A stretch of 64,000 bases of DNA from a virus. Where the stretch lies: the IMG/VR virus record IMGVR_UViG_3300031730_000001, positions 25,874-89,873 of that record. One strand, 5' to 3'. The notes beneath the pieces were generated by a model. That model saw only the letters and a list, made by a program, of their open reading frames with translations, did no database searches and was not told the origin of the DNA. Positions 1 through 10,664 of the stretch are shown piece after piece. How positions within the stretch are numbered: the stretch's first letter is position 1; every line of letters begins with the position of its first letter. A program made the position numbers and the translations under genes.

Positions 1-356
1 AGGCGTCGAGGGTGCGGTTCGCACTGGAGGCCATCACGCACCGCGCCTACCAGGCGCTGCGGGCCGAGCATCCGCCGACGAAGGAGCAGATCGAGGCGGC
101 GGCAAGGCGGGGCGGTGATGAGGAGCCGGCCTTCGACCCGGACGCGTTCGCCCCGGCGCTGGTTGAGGCTCAGTTGATCGAGCCGAAGCCGGAGACGAAG
201 GAGGAGTTCGCCGCGTTCTGGGATGACCTCTCCGACGGCCAGCTCGGGCAGCTGTGGCAGGCCGCGATCAGCATCCAGTTCCAGACCGGCGAACTTGGTC
301 CGCCGTCACAGGCCGCCGCCGACATCCTGCGCTCCTTCGGGATGGCCACCGGCTGA
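1..356 (+). CDS. Tail assembly chaperone (5' partial)
   Basis: Acidic ORF immediately upstream of the tape measure gene; frame open at the window start. Confidence 0.65.
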   Translation, partial: ASRVRFALEAITHRAYQALRAEHPPTKEQIEAAARRGGDEEPAFDPDAFAPALVEAQLIEPKPETKEEFAAFWDDLSDGQLGQLWQAAISIQFQTGELGPPSQAAADILRSFGMATG

Positions 357-427
357 CCGGCTGAAGTTCACCTCCCGCACCGCGCTCAGCGCGTGCACGT
401 CTCCATAACTGAAGATCGGGGGCTGCC

Positions 428-3400
428 GTGGCCGACCGTACTGTGCGCGTCCGCGTCATCGCCGAGATGCCCGGCTTCGGCACCGTCATTCGCACCGGCA
501 CCGGCGAACTGATCGCCCTCGGGGAAGCCTCCCTGGTTGCCGGACGCGGAATCCGGGCGCTCGGCGCCGACGGCGCGGCGGCCCGCGCCGGGCTGACGGC
601 CATGGGTGCGGGTGCGCGCGGCGGCGCGGCGGGCGTGCGGGAGGGCGAGGCCGCAGCACTGGCTGCCAGCCGTGGCACGCGAGCGATGCGAGACGAGACC
701 GTGCTCGCGCCCGCAGCCTTCGGACGCATGGGTACGGCGGCCCGCACCGGCATGGGATCGGTCCGCTCCGGCGTCGAATCCGTCCTCGGCCCCGTCAAAC
801 ACCTCGGCGCCCTCCTCGCTGGCGGCGCGATCCTGTTCGGCCTGCACGACATCGTCCACGCAGGCAACGAATACACCGACGCGATGAACAAGTTCCTTGA
901 GGTCACACGCGCCTCAGGGGCACAGATGTCGTCGGCAGGCCGCGAAGCCCAGGCCCTCGGCGCCGACATGAAACTGCCGTCGGCGAACGCAGCTGAGGCC
1001 GCTGACGCGATGGTCGAGTTGGCCAAGGCGGGCCTGTCGGCGCAGGACGCCATCCGGGCAGCCCGAGGCACCATCCAGCTCTCCGCCGCCGCTCGAACCG
1101 ACGTCGCAACCGCGGCGAAGATCGAGGGCGACATCATGGACCAGTTCGCCCTCAAGTCCACCGAGGCGACCCACGTAGCGGATGTCCTCGCCAACACGTC
1201 GAACTCGGCGTCCGGCGAACTCATGGACATCTACTATGCGATGAAGTACGTGGGCCCGATCGCCCACACCATGGGCATCTCCATCAAGGACACGGCAACC
1301 GCGGTCGGCCTGCTCGGCAAGTCCGGCATCATCGGCGAAACCGCCGGTACAGCCCTGCGGTCGGCACTGGTCAACATGGCGAAGCCCACGAAGCTGGCCT
1401 CGAAGGGCCTGCACGAACTCGGCATCGAAGCGTTCGACAGCCAGGGCAACTTCAAGGGCCTGCAGTACGTCATCACGAAGCTGGGCGATGCCTCCCACCA
1501 CCTGACCACCCAGCAGTTCACCGCCGCCGCCGCGATGGCGTTCGGCAAGCCCGCCCTTGCGGGCATGGTGGCGCTCGCCCACCAGGGCGGGACTGCGTTC
1601 CAGCAGTTCGGTGTCCAGGTGGGCCGTGTGGGTGGCGCCGCAGCCTTGGCGGCGGCGGAGTCGAAGGGCCTGGGCGGCGCGATGCGCGGCCTGGGCAAGC
1701 AGCTCCAATCCGCCTTCTTGCAGGTGTACTTGGGTGTCGCCCCCGGCCTGGAGAAGATCACCCGGTCGATGACGAAAGGCGTCTCGGACGCCATCCCCTA
1801 CATCAAGAGCGGGATCCGTATCGCCGGAGACCTCTGGGACATCTACGGGCCATCGGTTGAGGCGAAACTCCACTCGGCGTCGAGCGGCATCGGCAAGGCT
1901 GCCGCGAGCCTGGCGAACCCGGTGAAGGCGGCACTCAGTGGGGCGCTCGTCGCCGCCGTGCCGCTGGCCATCACCTCCGTGCAGTCGCTGGAGAAGGTAC
2001 TTTCCAACGCCGGTGCTGCAGCCGCACCGCTCGTCGGCGGCATGCACGACCTGCTCACATCCGTCTCCTCGGGGGCGGGCGCCCTCGGCGTGGCCACAGG
2101 ACGGCTACAGGTCGGCGTCGGCCTGATCGGCGACATGTCCGGCATCCTGCGGCCGATCGGTGCCATCGTCGGCGGCATCGCGCACGCCTTCGCCGGACTG
2201 CCGGGCCCGATCCAACTGTCGATCCTCGCCATGCTCGCCATGCGCCCGTTTCGCGGCCAGATCCAGGGCATGCAGAGCGCGGTCGCCGGCTACGGCCGGT
2301 CGGCGGTCGCCTCGTTCAACGGGGTGCGCGGCGCCATGCAGACGCAGACGATGCTCGCCGCCCGGGCCGGGGTGTCGCTCGGCCGCTGGGGTGCCGGGCT
2401 CGCCTCGCTGGAAGCACGCTCCCCGACGATCGCCGCAATGGGCAACAGCTTCCGCAGCGCCTCCACCGGCATTCAGGAAGCCGGTGGCCGCCTCGTAGGC
2501 TTCCGGTCCGCTGCGGGCGGCGCAATGGCCGCCATCGGTACCGGTGTCGGGCGCGGGCTCATGGGCGGCATGCGCGGACTGTACGGATTCCTCGGCGGCC
2601 CGTGGGGTATCGCCATCGCAGGCGCCATGATCGGCTTGGACATGCTGGCCCGCAAGCAGCAGGAGGCTGCCGCTGCCGCCGCCGCGCACCAGCAGCGGAT
2701 CTCCAGCCTCACCCAGGCGCTGGCAGCGTCCGCCGGCCTGGCGGACGGCTCGGTTCGTGCTGCCGCCGTACAGACGCTGGCTGACGCGAAGCTGAAGGAC
2801 GGCAAAACCCAGCTCCTCAACGTGATGCATGAGGCGGGCGTGGGCACCAGCCAGCTCACAGACGCCTACCTGGGGCAGGGCACGAGCATCGACACGCTTC
2901 AGAAGAAGCTCCTTACCGCAGCCAACGCGAACCGGGAGTGGGTGGCGTCTGGCAAGAACGGCCGCAAGGTGGCGTTCACCGACCAGGGGCAGGCCTACAA
3001 GGACGCCGCTGATGCCCTCGGTAGCCTGTCCGGCGAGTTCGGCACGGCCAAGAAGAAGCAGGCCGACCTGGCCGCCGCAGTGAAGGGCTCGGGCGCTGCC
3101 GCGCTCGACGCAACAGACCCGACGGGTCGGCTACAGACCGCCATCAAGACACTCGGGGACAGCGCCAGCGATGCGGACACGAAGGCGCGCGCGTTGCACA
3201 CCGCCCTCGACCTGCTCTCGGGCGGCGAGCTGGATGTTCAGGCGGCGGTCGCCACCATGAACCAGGCGCTCATCGACCTCAACGGCAGCTACAAGGACGG
3301 CCTCGACCACGCCAAGGGTTACGGCAAGGCTCTTCTCCAGGTCGACGGGTCGCTCAACACGACATCGGAGAACGGGCAGAGCCTGTGGACCAAGTTGCAG

Positions 3401-5719
3401 GCGCTGAACGAGCAGACGGCTGGCGCGGCGCAGTCGACCTACGATTTCGCGCGCGCCAACAATGAGGGCGTCGTCCCGGCCTTGAAGCAGGCCGAGGCCC
3501 GCATGGAGACGTCCTGGAAGGCCGCGGTCACTGCGGGGGAGAAGTTCGGGCTCACCGCGGACCAGGCGAAGGTGCTGGCGGCCCAGATGGGATTCATCCC
3601 GTCGTCGCTGGCCATCACCATGTCGACGCCAGGTCTCAGCGAGACCCAGAAGCAGCTGCTGTATGTGCAGGGCCTCGCCGGGCACATGCCGAAGGGGTCC
3701 ACGATCCGCGTGTCGGCACTCACCGCCGAGGCCAAGGCGGACATCGAGTCCGTCGGCTTCAAGGTGAAGACCCTGCCCGGCGGGCGCCAGATGGAAATCA
3801 CCGCCCCGACAGGGAAGGCCGCCGCCGCCCTGGACGCGCTGATCGCCAAGAAGCTGCCCTCCAAGGCGGTGGGCGTCGACGCCAAGACCGCCAGCGCCAT
3901 GGCGGCTCTGGAGGCCGTCAGGCGGAAGGTGGCAGGGACCAAGGGGAAGTCGATCACTGTTGGCGCGCTGACCGGTGCAGCACAGAGCGCCCTGACCAGC
4001 CTGGGCTTCAAGGTGCAGAGGCTCCCCAACCGTCAGGTCAGGGTGACGCTGCCGACCGGTGGTCCGGCAGCGGCAGCCGCCGCAATCCAGCGCTACATCA
4101 ACAACCTGCACGGCAAGACCGTCACCAACTACGTCAACTCGATCGTGACGACGACGAAGAAGTCCGTCCACGAGGTCGTCGGCAAAGCCGACGGCGGCAT
4201 CGTCAGCTTCTACGCCGACGGCGGCATGCACGAAAACCATGTCGCCCAGATCGCCCGCAAGGGCACGTACCGGGTGTGGGCGGAGGATGAGGCAGGGGAC
4301 GAGGCCTACATCCCTCTCAACCCGGCGAAGCGTGGCCGCTCGCGGCAGATCGCCGCGCAGACGGTCAGCCGGCTCGGCGGGGCTGTCGCCTGGTACGCCA
4401 ACGGCGGCCTGAGCGGATTCACGTACTCGCCGACCGGCCAGCCGGTGCTTGGCGGCCCGTCGGACGCCAAGTCGCGCTACGACCAGGACGTCCAGCGCCT
4501 GAAGGACGCCTGGTCGAAGCTCACCGCTGCGCTGGCGGACGCCAAGAAGAAGACCGACGCCCTCGGCGCCGCGGAGAAAAACCTCTCCCGGGTGCGCCAC
4601 GAGCACCACACGGCAGCCCAGCTGCGGGCCGCCGAGGAGCGTGTCGACAAGGCCCGGTCAGCGAAGAAGGCGGCGGACAAGACGGTCTCCAAAGACCGGG
4701 CCGCCGTCAACGCGGCCGACAAGGATCTCGGACTGAAGAAGGGCGCCAAGGCTCCGACCGGGTTCAACCTGGCCGCCTACCAGGCCGAGCTGAACAAGTC
4801 GGTGGCGGCGACCGAGAAGTGGCGCGGCAACCTGTCGAAGATCTCCAAGCGGGGTGGCGCCGAAGTCGAATCCCTCCTGGAGAACATGGGCCAGGACGGC
4901 TACGCCCTCGTCAACTCGCTGGCCGGAGCATCCACGAAGCAGTTCAACGACATCGTCAAGAAGCTGCAGAAGACCGGCGACGTCGCGAAAGCCACCCTCG
5001 CCGACTTCGACAAGCAGCTCAACGCGAGCACGCAGCAGAACGCGCAGTTCGCCGCCGACCTGCAGAAACTGGCCGCCGAGGGCTATGGGGATCTCGCACA
5101 GGCCCTCGCCGCCCAGGGCGACTCCAACGCGCAGGCCCTCGCCCATGAGGCGGCAGGCAACAGCAAGAGCGCCTCAGCGGCCAACAAGAACGTCGGGAAG
5201 GCGCAGGCCGCACTCACCGGCGACGACCTGACGAACTCGCTGATCCTCCTGTCCACACTGCGCGGCGGCGCGGGCCGCGGCTATGCGGACCTGATCGCGG
5301 CGGGTCTAGGAACGGACGTCATCAAGGCCCTCGTGCCGAAAATGACGAAGCAGATCGCCGCGCTGCCCGACGCGAACAAAGCGGTGTTCGTCCGCCAGTG
5401 GGTGTCGCAGGGCGGCACGGCGATGGCGGCCGGCGGAATCCTCACCAAAGCCACCCCGGTTCTCGCCGGCGAGGCCGGCGTACCCGAGGCGTTCATCCCG
5501 CTCACCCAGACCTCCCGCAGCCGGGCACTGCTTGCAGCCTCCGCCGCCGCGCTCGGCTACCACCTGGTGCCGGCGAGCCGGTATGCGAGCCACGGCTACA
5601 GCGACGGGCGGGCCGGATATGGGGGCGACCGGATCAACAACATCACCCTCAACGGCGCCAAGCAGACCACCGCCGAACAGGCAATGGACATCGCCCGCCA
5701 CATGGCGTTCGTCGGCTGA
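428..5719 (+). CDS. Tape measure protein
   Basis: 1763 aa, Ala/Gly-rich; TP901-type core (AADAMVELAKAG, MKYVGPIA, AGTALRS); C-terminal GG..AGEAG.EA.IPL motifs. Confidence 0.95.
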   Translation: MADRTVRVRVIAEMPGFGTVIRTGTGELIALGEASLVAGRGIRALGADGAAARAGLTAMGAGARGGAAGVREGEAAALAASRGTRAMRDETVLAPAAFGRMGTAARTGMGSVRSGVESVLGPVKHLGALLAGGAILFGLHDIVHAGNEYTDAMNKFLEVTRASGAQMSSAGREAQALGADMKLPSANAAEAADAMVELAKAGLSAQDAIRAARGTIQLSAAARTDVATAAKIEGDIMDQFALKSTEATHVADVLANTSNSASGELMDIYYAMKYVGPIAHTMGISIKDTATAVGLLGKSGIIGETAGTALRSALVNMAKPTKLASKGLHELGIEAFDSQGNFKGLQYVITKLGDASHHLTTQQFTAAAAMAFGKPALAGMVALAHQGGTAFQQFGVQVGRVGGAAALAAAESKGLGGAMRGLGKQLQSAFLQVYLGVAPGLEKITRSMTKGVSDAIPYIKSGIRIAGDLWDIYGPSVEAKLHSASSGIGKAAASLANPVKAALSGALVAAVPLAITSVQSLEKVLSNAGAAAAPLVGGMHDLLTSVSSGAGALGVATGRLQVGVGLIGDMSGILRPIGAIVGGIAHAFAGLPGPIQLSILAMLAMRPFRGQIQGMQSAVAGYGRSAVASFNGVRGAMQTQTMLAARAGVSLGRWGAGLASLEARSPTIAAMGNSFRSASTGIQEAGGRLVGFRSAAGGAMAAIGTGVGRGLMGGMRGLYGFLGGPWGIAIAGAMIGLDMLARKQQEAAAAAAAHQQRISSLTQALAASAGLADGSVRAAAVQTLADAKLKDGKTQLLNVMHEAGVGTSQLTDAYLGQGTSIDTLQKKLLTAANANREWVASGKNGRKVAFTDQGQAYKDAADALGSLSGEFGTAKKKQADLAAAVKGSGAAALDATDPTGRLQTAIKTLGDSASDADTKARALHTALDLLSGGELDVQAAVATMNQALIDLNGSYKDGLDHAKGYGKALLQVDGSLNTTSENGQSLWTKLQALNEQTAGAAQSTYDFARANNEGVVPALKQAEARMETSWKAAVTAGEKFGLTADQAKVLAAQMGFIPSSLAITMSTPGLSETQKQLLYVQGLAGHMPKGSTIRVSALTAEAKADIESVGFKVKTLPGGRQMEITAPTGKAAAALDALIAKKLPSKAVGVDAKTASAMAALEAVRRKVAGTKGKSITVGALTGAAQSALTSLGFKVQRLPNRQVRVTLPTGGPAAAAAAIQRYINNLHGKTVTNYVNSIVTTTKKSVHEVVGKADGGIVSFYADGGMHENHVAQIARKGTYRVWAEDEAGDEAYIPLNPAKRGRSRQIAAQTVSRLGGAVAWYANGGLSGFTYSPTGQPVLGGPSDAKSRYDQDVQRLKDAWSKLTAALADAKKKTDALGAAEKNLSRVRHEHHTAAQLRAAEERVDKARSAKKAADKTVSKDRAAVNAADKDLGLKKGAKAPTGFNLAAYQAELNKSVAATEKWRGNLSKISKRGGAEVESLLENMGQDGYALVNSLAGASTKQFNDIVKKLQKTGDVAKATLADFDKQLNASTQQNAQFAADLQKLAAEGYGDLAQALAAQGDSNAQALAHEAAGNSKSASAANKNVGKAQAALTGDDLTNSLILLSTLRGGAGRGYADLIAAGLGTDVIKALVPKMTKQIAALPDANKAVFVRQWVSQGGTAMAAGGILTKATPVLAGEAGVPEAFIPLTQTSRSRALLAASAAALGYHLVPASRYASHGYSDGRAGYGGDRINNITLNGAKQTTAEQAMDIARHMAFVG

Positions 5720-5734
5720 CGGGAAGGAGGCGCG

Positions 5735-6607
5735 GTGTCGTTGATGGCAGGGCAAGACCTCGGCGGAGTGTGGGTTGACCTCGGCGCCATCCCGCTCGGG
5801 CGGGTGGACTCCGTCGGGGTCGCCTGGGGGTTGCAGTCGTTCGACGGCTGGGACAGCGCCGAGGTCCGCAGCGAATACACCGACCGGGAGGCCGACCACG
5901 GATCGTGGGCATCCCCGGCCTATCTCGGCTCGCGGCCCATGACGCTGGCCGGGACGGTCACCGCCCCGGACCGGACAAGCCTTGAGGACGCCCTGGAGCG
6001 GCTGCGCACCGCGACAGCACTCACCGACACCACGCTGGTGGTGTACGAGCTGGCGTCGCCGAAACAGGCGGTAGTACGCCGCTCCGGGAAGCCGCTGATG
6101 GCTTACGTCACCGACCGGATCGCCACCTACAGCGTGCTCGTCACCGCGGCCGATCCGCGCCGCTACAGCACCACCCTGCAGACCGGGACGACCGGCCTGC
6201 CTGCCACCACCGGCGGACTGACCTTCCCGATCACCTTCCCGGTCACGTTCTCGGCGACGACCGTGTCCGGGCAGATCGGCGCCGTCAACTCGGGCTCCAT
6301 AGAGACCCGCCCGATCCTGACGATCGCCGGCCCCGTGGTCGCGCCCACCGTGTCCGCGCTCTATCCGGATGGCACGGTGCGACAGCTCATCTACTCGCTC
6401 GACCTGGCGTCCGGCGATGTCCTGACCGTCGACACCGACGCCCACACCGTGCTGCTCAACGGCTCCGTATCCCGGCGCCGCTTCATGTCGGTGCCGTCCG
6501 GATGGCCCACGATCCCGGCCGGGGCGTCCGTCAGCTACCAGTTCCAGAGCTCGACCTACAACGCGAGCGCAATGCTGACCGCCCAATGGCGCTCGGCGTG
6601 GATGTGA
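5735..6607 (+). CDS. Distal tail protein (Dit)-like
   Basis: Directly follows the TMP; AADPRRY, FPITFP and terminal WRSAW motifs typical of actinophage Dit. Confidence 0.8.
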   Translation: MSLMAGQDLGGVWVDLGAIPLGRVDSVGVAWGLQSFDGWDSAEVRSEYTDREADHGSWASPAYLGSRPMTLAGTVTAPDRTSLEDALERLRTATALTDTTLVVYELASPKQAVVRRSGKPLMAYVTDRIATYSVLVTAADPRRYSTTLQTGTTGLPATTGGLTFPITFPVTFSATTVSGQIGAVNSGSIETRPILTIAGPVVAPTVSALYPDGTVRQLIYSLDLASGDVLTVDTDAHTVLLNGSVSRRRFMSVPSGWPTIPAGASVSYQFQSSTYNASAMLTAQWRSAWM

Positions 6608-6617
6608 GGAGGCGTTC

Positions 6618-7646
6618 ATGCCAGTAGACCCGTGGGCAATCGATGGCCTGGCGTTCTCGGGCCTCGAAGCCCGGCTCGTGGAATCCCTGGCCGTCATGGG
6701 CAACGGAAGCGCCCTGGGAGCCGTCTCGGGCGTCCGGCCCGGCGACCCCGGCCTGACCGTCACCCTGGCCGGTACCACCATCAACTGCTCGGCCGGGGTG
6801 GCAGCCGTCGCCTACAGCGGGCAAGGCGTCTACCGGTGCGCGTTCCCCTCGTCGGTGTCACCCGGCACCTACACGGCAGCCCACGCGACCCTGAACAGGA
6901 TCGACCTCGTCTACCTGCGGGTGTGGGACAACAGCGTGGACGCGTCCGGCCTCAACAAAGCGGACATCGTCTACCTGGCGGGCACCCCGTCGTCAACGCC
7001 GGTCGCCCCGACCCCGGCAGGTACGCAGATCTACCTGCCGCTCGCCACGATCACCGTGCTGTCCGTGTCCAACGGCGGCACCGCCTCCGTGAGCACGGCG
7101 ATACGCCCGTACACGGTGGCGCCCGGCGGCATTCTGCCCGCCACCACCGCGCCGACCGGCCTGTACGTCGGCCAGTACTACGACAACGCCACCGGCCTGC
7201 TGCGCTGGAACGGCACCAACTGGCGGCAGGTCAGCCCCTACACACCACTCTCCCAGGCGCAGGTCAGCCAGCCCGGATCATTCACGGCCGGTACCTACAC
7301 CGACTTCCCCTCCGGGAACTGGCCGACACTCGCCTTCACCGTGCCCCCCAGCGGCCTGGTGTGGATCAGCATCGGCGCAGCCATCCAGAACACCAACTCG
7401 GGTACATCCACGGGATGGGTTACATGGCGCGCCTCCGGAGGGGTGACCGAGGCGGGGTCCGAGGCCAACGGGGTGTCGACCTACGGCTCCCGCACCTACG
7501 CCACCCGCCGCGTCCTGCGCTCCTGGACGCCCGGCGCAGCTGTCACACTCACCCCGCAGTACCTGTTCAGCTCCGTCGGCACTCTGACCTCCGTCACCCG
7601 GGCCGACAACGGGCTGCTCACCGTCGAACCCGTCGCCGTCGCATGA
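6618..7646 (+). CDS. Minor tail protein
   Basis: RIDLVYLRVWD motif, Thr/Ser-rich, tail context. Confidence 0.7.
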   Translation: MPVDPWAIDGLAFSGLEARLVESLAVMGNGSALGAVSGVRPGDPGLTVTLAGTTINCSAGVAAVAYSGQGVYRCAFPSSVSPGTYTAAHATLNRIDLVYLRVWDNSVDASGLNKADIVYLAGTPSSTPVAPTPAGTQIYLPLATITVLSVSNGGTASVSTAIRPYTVAPGGILPATTAPTGLYVGQYYDNATGLLRWNGTNWRQVSPYTPLSQAQVSQPGSFTAGTYTDFPSGNWPTLAFTVPPSGLVWISIGAAIQNTNSGTSTGWVTWRASGGVTEAGSEANGVSTYGSRTYATRRVLRSWTPGAAVTLTPQYLFSSVGTLTSVTRADNGLLTVEPVAVA

Positions 7647-8734
7647 CCGAGACCGCCTACCAGCTCGACTGGTACGGCTGCGACCTGCGCACGGGCGGCA
7701 TCGTCGAAGACCTCCGCTCCATCAAACCGACCGGGCCGCTCACCCGGAAACTCGGCGACTCGACCACCCTGCAGTTCGACCTCAGCCTGCCCGGCGCCCC
7801 CGGCGGATGGGACAGCGCCACCGCGCCCGGCCGGTCCATGCTCGTTGCTGTCGACGCCGCCACCAACACCCCGATCTGGGCAGGCGCCGTACTCCCCCGC
7901 AGCGGCGGCAGCTCACAGACCGTTTCGCTCGGCGCCGCCACCCTGGAGGCCTACTTCGACGCCCGCTTCCCCGGCGACCAGACCTTGGTCGGCGTCGACC
8001 AGGCCGCCGTGATTTCGGCGCTTGTCACGCCGGCGCTCACCAGCGGGCCGCCGATCGTCATCGACGCGCCCAACACGGGCGTCGTCATGACCTACCTGAC
8101 GCAGGACGGCGACGACAAGTCGATCCTGTCCTGCCTCAAAGAGGTCATGGCCCTCGATGGCGGCCCCGAGTGGACCATCGACGTCGCGTGGAACGCAGGG
8201 CACACAGGGTTTCAGTTTCCGCTGCGGGTCCGCCCCGCCATCGGCACTCAGGCCAGCCCGCCCGAAGGCACCTTCGATTTCCCGGGCTGCGTGGACAGCT
8301 ACACGCTCGCCGAATCCTACGAGTCAGGCAAGGGCGCCACTCGTGTCATCGCCCGCGGTGAAGGCGAAGGCACCTCCCGGCTCACCTCCATCGTCCACGA
8401 GGCGACCGCACTGATCGCCAACGGCTGGCCCGCGTGGGAATACCGCTACACCCCCGCGACGGGCATCGACGACCCCGACCAGCTGGACGCGCACGCCACG
8501 CAGTCCCTGGCCCTCATGCAACTGGGCGCGCAGGTCTGGTCCGTTGAAGCGGTCGCCTCCCGCGCGCCACGACTCGGCCGGGACTGGGGCCTGGGCGACA
8601 CCGTGCGTCTCGCCGTCGAAACCGGCAGATCACCCCGCCACCCGCAAGGCGCCGACATCACAGCACGCTGCTGGTCCTGGGAACTCGACCCCGGCGCCGA
8701 CAAAATCCGGCCCATCCTCGTAGAGGAGAGCTGA
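7643..8734 (+). CDS. Minor tail / baseplate hub-like protein
   Basis: ATG overlaps the previous stop (ATGA); MTETAYQLDWYGCDL...LGDTV; tail context. Confidence 0.72.
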   Translation: MTETAYQLDWYGCDLRTGGIVEDLRSIKPTGPLTRKLGDSTTLQFDLSLPGAPGGWDSATAPGRSMLVAVDAATNTPIWAGAVLPRSGGSSQTVSLGAATLEAYFDARFPGDQTLVGVDQAAVISALVTPALTSGPPIVIDAPNTGVVMTYLTQDGDDKSILSCLKEVMALDGGPEWTIDVAWNAGHTGFQFPLRVRPAIGTQASPPEGTFDFPGCVDSYTLAESYESGKGATRVIARGEGEGTSRLTSIVHEATALIANGWPAWEYRYTPATGIDDPDQLDAHATQSLALMQLGAQVWSVEAVASRAPRLGRDWGLGDTVRLAVETGRSPRHPQGADITARCWSWELDPGADKIRPILVEES

Positions 8735-9543
8735 TGCCACGCCAGCTCGACCAACTGCCCACCGACGCCACCACGATGGCCCGGAAAATCGCCGCCCTGG
8801 AACGGCAGGTCAACGAGCTGCGGGCCGCCCGCCGCCTCGGCTCCGCAACCGCAGGGGTGATCCAAACTGCAGCCTCCGGCGCCCGCGTTGTGATGGACGG
8901 AGACAACCAGGCCGTCGACGTGTACGGGGCCGACGGCACGACTCTCCTGGCGGAGCTTGGCCCCGACGCCAGCGGCGGCGGCGGCCTGTGGACGCGCGGC
9001 CTGCAAGACCCCAACAACATCAGCTCCTACCTGGGCAGCGGAGAGCTGTCCTTCCGGCCTGTCGAAAACGGGCTCGTCCAGGTCCCGGCCAACATCTACT
9101 ACGACACCGACGCCTTTCAGTACTCCGACTTCACCCTCACCAGCGGCTCCGTCGGCGCGGCCGACCACCGGGCGCTGCTCATCCTGGAGTCCATCTACGC
9201 CGGCGCGACCCCGTATGTATACATCCAGGGCGAGAACGGCACCCAGTGCAACATGGACGTTCTCGGAGTCCTCACCGCGAGCAACCTGGCGTGGGGCAGC
9301 GTGGCCATCACGCCGAGCGCCGCGAACACCCCAACGAGCGCCACCGTCACGGGACTCAGCCTCAAGGGCAGCACGTTCATCGGCTTCTCCGGCGCCCAGA
9401 CTGCCGCCCCCGGCTCGACAACCCTCACGAACGGCGTCACTGGCACGAGCGCCATCTCCGCCACCTCAACTGGCCTGACGGTGTGGCTGACCCGGCAAAA
9501 CACGAGCGCGACAACAGTGAACTGGCTGGTGATAGGCATATGA
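8734..9543 (+). CDS. Minor tail / tail fibre-like protein
   Basis: N-terminal coiled coil (IAALERQVNEL); C-terminal H-type-lectin-like end (VNWLVIG). Confidence 0.65.
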   Translation: MPRQLDQLPTDATTMARKIAALERQVNELRAARRLGSATAGVIQTAASGARVVMDGDNQAVDVYGADGTTLLAELGPDASGGGGLWTRGLQDPNNISSYLGSGELSFRPVENGLVQVPANIYYDTDAFQYSDFTLTSGSVGAADHRALLILESIYAGATPYVYIQGENGTQCNMDVLGVLTASNLAWGSVAITPSAANTPTSATVTGLSLKGSTFIGFSGAQTAAPGSTTLTNGVTGTSAISATSTGLTVWLTRQNTSATTVNWLVIGI

Positions 9544-9749
9544 GCGATGTGACGTTCCAACCTGGCCTGTACTACGAGGTCACCGCGCGCGACAACAACG
9601 AGGCATGCGCGAATTACGGGCAGATCTTCGACGTTCCGCAGTTCTACAGCAACGCCGGAACGAACTGTTTCGTGCAGTGCGGGCTCTGCAGTCAGCACAT
9701 GGAGATCCTCACAGCCACGCTCCTCGACCCGCAGCCCGAAGTCACCTGA
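9540..9749 (+). CDS. Small Cys-containing tail-associated protein
   Basis: ATGA-coupled 69 aa ORF with CxxC. Confidence 0.6.
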   Translation: MSDVTFQPGLYYEVTARDNNEACANYGQIFDVPQFYSNAGTNCFVQCGLCSQHMEILTATLLDPQPEVT

Positions 9750-9769
9750 ACCATCCACCGCACCACCCT

Positions 9770-9797
9770 GCCCGAGCCCTCCGGCCGGGCCTTTTTC
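9770..9797 (+). terminator. Possible intrinsic terminator
   Basis: GCCCG...CGGGC stem followed by CTTTTT. Confidence 0.4.
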
Positions 9798-9813
9798 ATG
9801 CCCTGGAGGGCAC

Positions 9814-10662
9814 TTGAGCACGAACGTTTACACCTCGGGTGATCCGAGACTCGGCCGCCGCGTCGAACATGATCCCCGCAGCCTTGCCTACGCCCACGGG
9901 GTACTACCCAAGGCCGCCATCAAGTCCGTGGACTGGACACGCCGCGCACCGATCTTCGATCAGGGGCAGGTCGGAAGCTGCACCGGCAACGCAGCTGCCG
10001 GACTCGTCGCCACCGACAGCGCCGCCCGCGCCGGGCTGACCACTGTCCCCATCCCCGGCGACCCCAACTTGTGGCCCGTCGACGAAGAGTTGGCCGTCGA
10101 GGTCTACAAGCTCGCCACCACCCTCGACAACATCACCGGCGCCTACCCGCCAGACGACACCGGCTCCTCCGGCATCGGCGCCGCCAAGGCCCTGAAGAAG
10201 CTCGGCCTCGCCACCAGCTACACCCACGCCTTTAGCATCGACGCACTCAAGAGCGCACTCCAGACCGGGCCCGTCATGGTCGGCACCGTCTGGCTGGAGT
10301 CCATGTTCGACCCCACACCGGCGGGCAACATCACCGTCGACCGGAAGTCCGCCGTGGCAGGCGGCCACGAGTACGTGCTCTCCGCCTACGACGCCAGCGC
10401 CCGCCAGTTCCGCATCGACAATTCGTGGTCAGAGTCGTGGGCCATACGCGGTTCGGCCTGGATCACCGAGGCGGACATGCAGTGGCTGCTGTCCCAGCAG
10501 GGTGACGTCACCGTCCCCGCCTGGACCACGGCCCCGGTGCCGACCCCTCCTCCCGCGCCCACTCCTGCTCCGGATCCTCGACTGGCTGAGGCGGCTGTTG
10601 CTGCCCAGCAGGTGGCGGATCTGATGCGGCCGTGGGCGCCCAGCAAGACGACGGGAGCCTGA
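9814..10662 (+). CDS. Papain-like (C1) cysteine peptidase
   Basis: DQGQVGSC (oxyanion Gln and catalytic Cys), GGH, NSW motifs. Confidence 0.85.
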   Translation: MSTNVYTSGDPRLGRRVEHDPRSLAYAHGVLPKAAIKSVDWTRRAPIFDQGQVGSCTGNAAAGLVATDSAARAGLTTVPIPGDPNLWPVDEELAVEVYKLATTLDNITGAYPPDDTGSSGIGAAKALKKLGLATSYTHAFSIDALKSALQTGPVMVGTVWLESMFDPTPAGNITVDRKSAVAGGHEYVLSAYDASARQFRIDNSWSESWAIRGSAWITEADMQWLLSQQGDVTVPAWTTAPVPTPPPAPTPAPDPRLAEAAVAAQQVADLMRPWAPSKTTGA

Positions 10663-10664
10663 CG

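Noticed and set aside
300-428. Programmed frameshift in the tail assembly chaperone
   Set aside because: No clear slippery heptamer or second-frame extension before the TMP; the gene start is outside the window
268-5505. Many long antisense or alternative-frame ORFs over the TMP gene, and similar ones throughout the window
   Set aside because: Shadow ORFs expected from high GC3; no recognisable motifs and full overlap with well-supported genes
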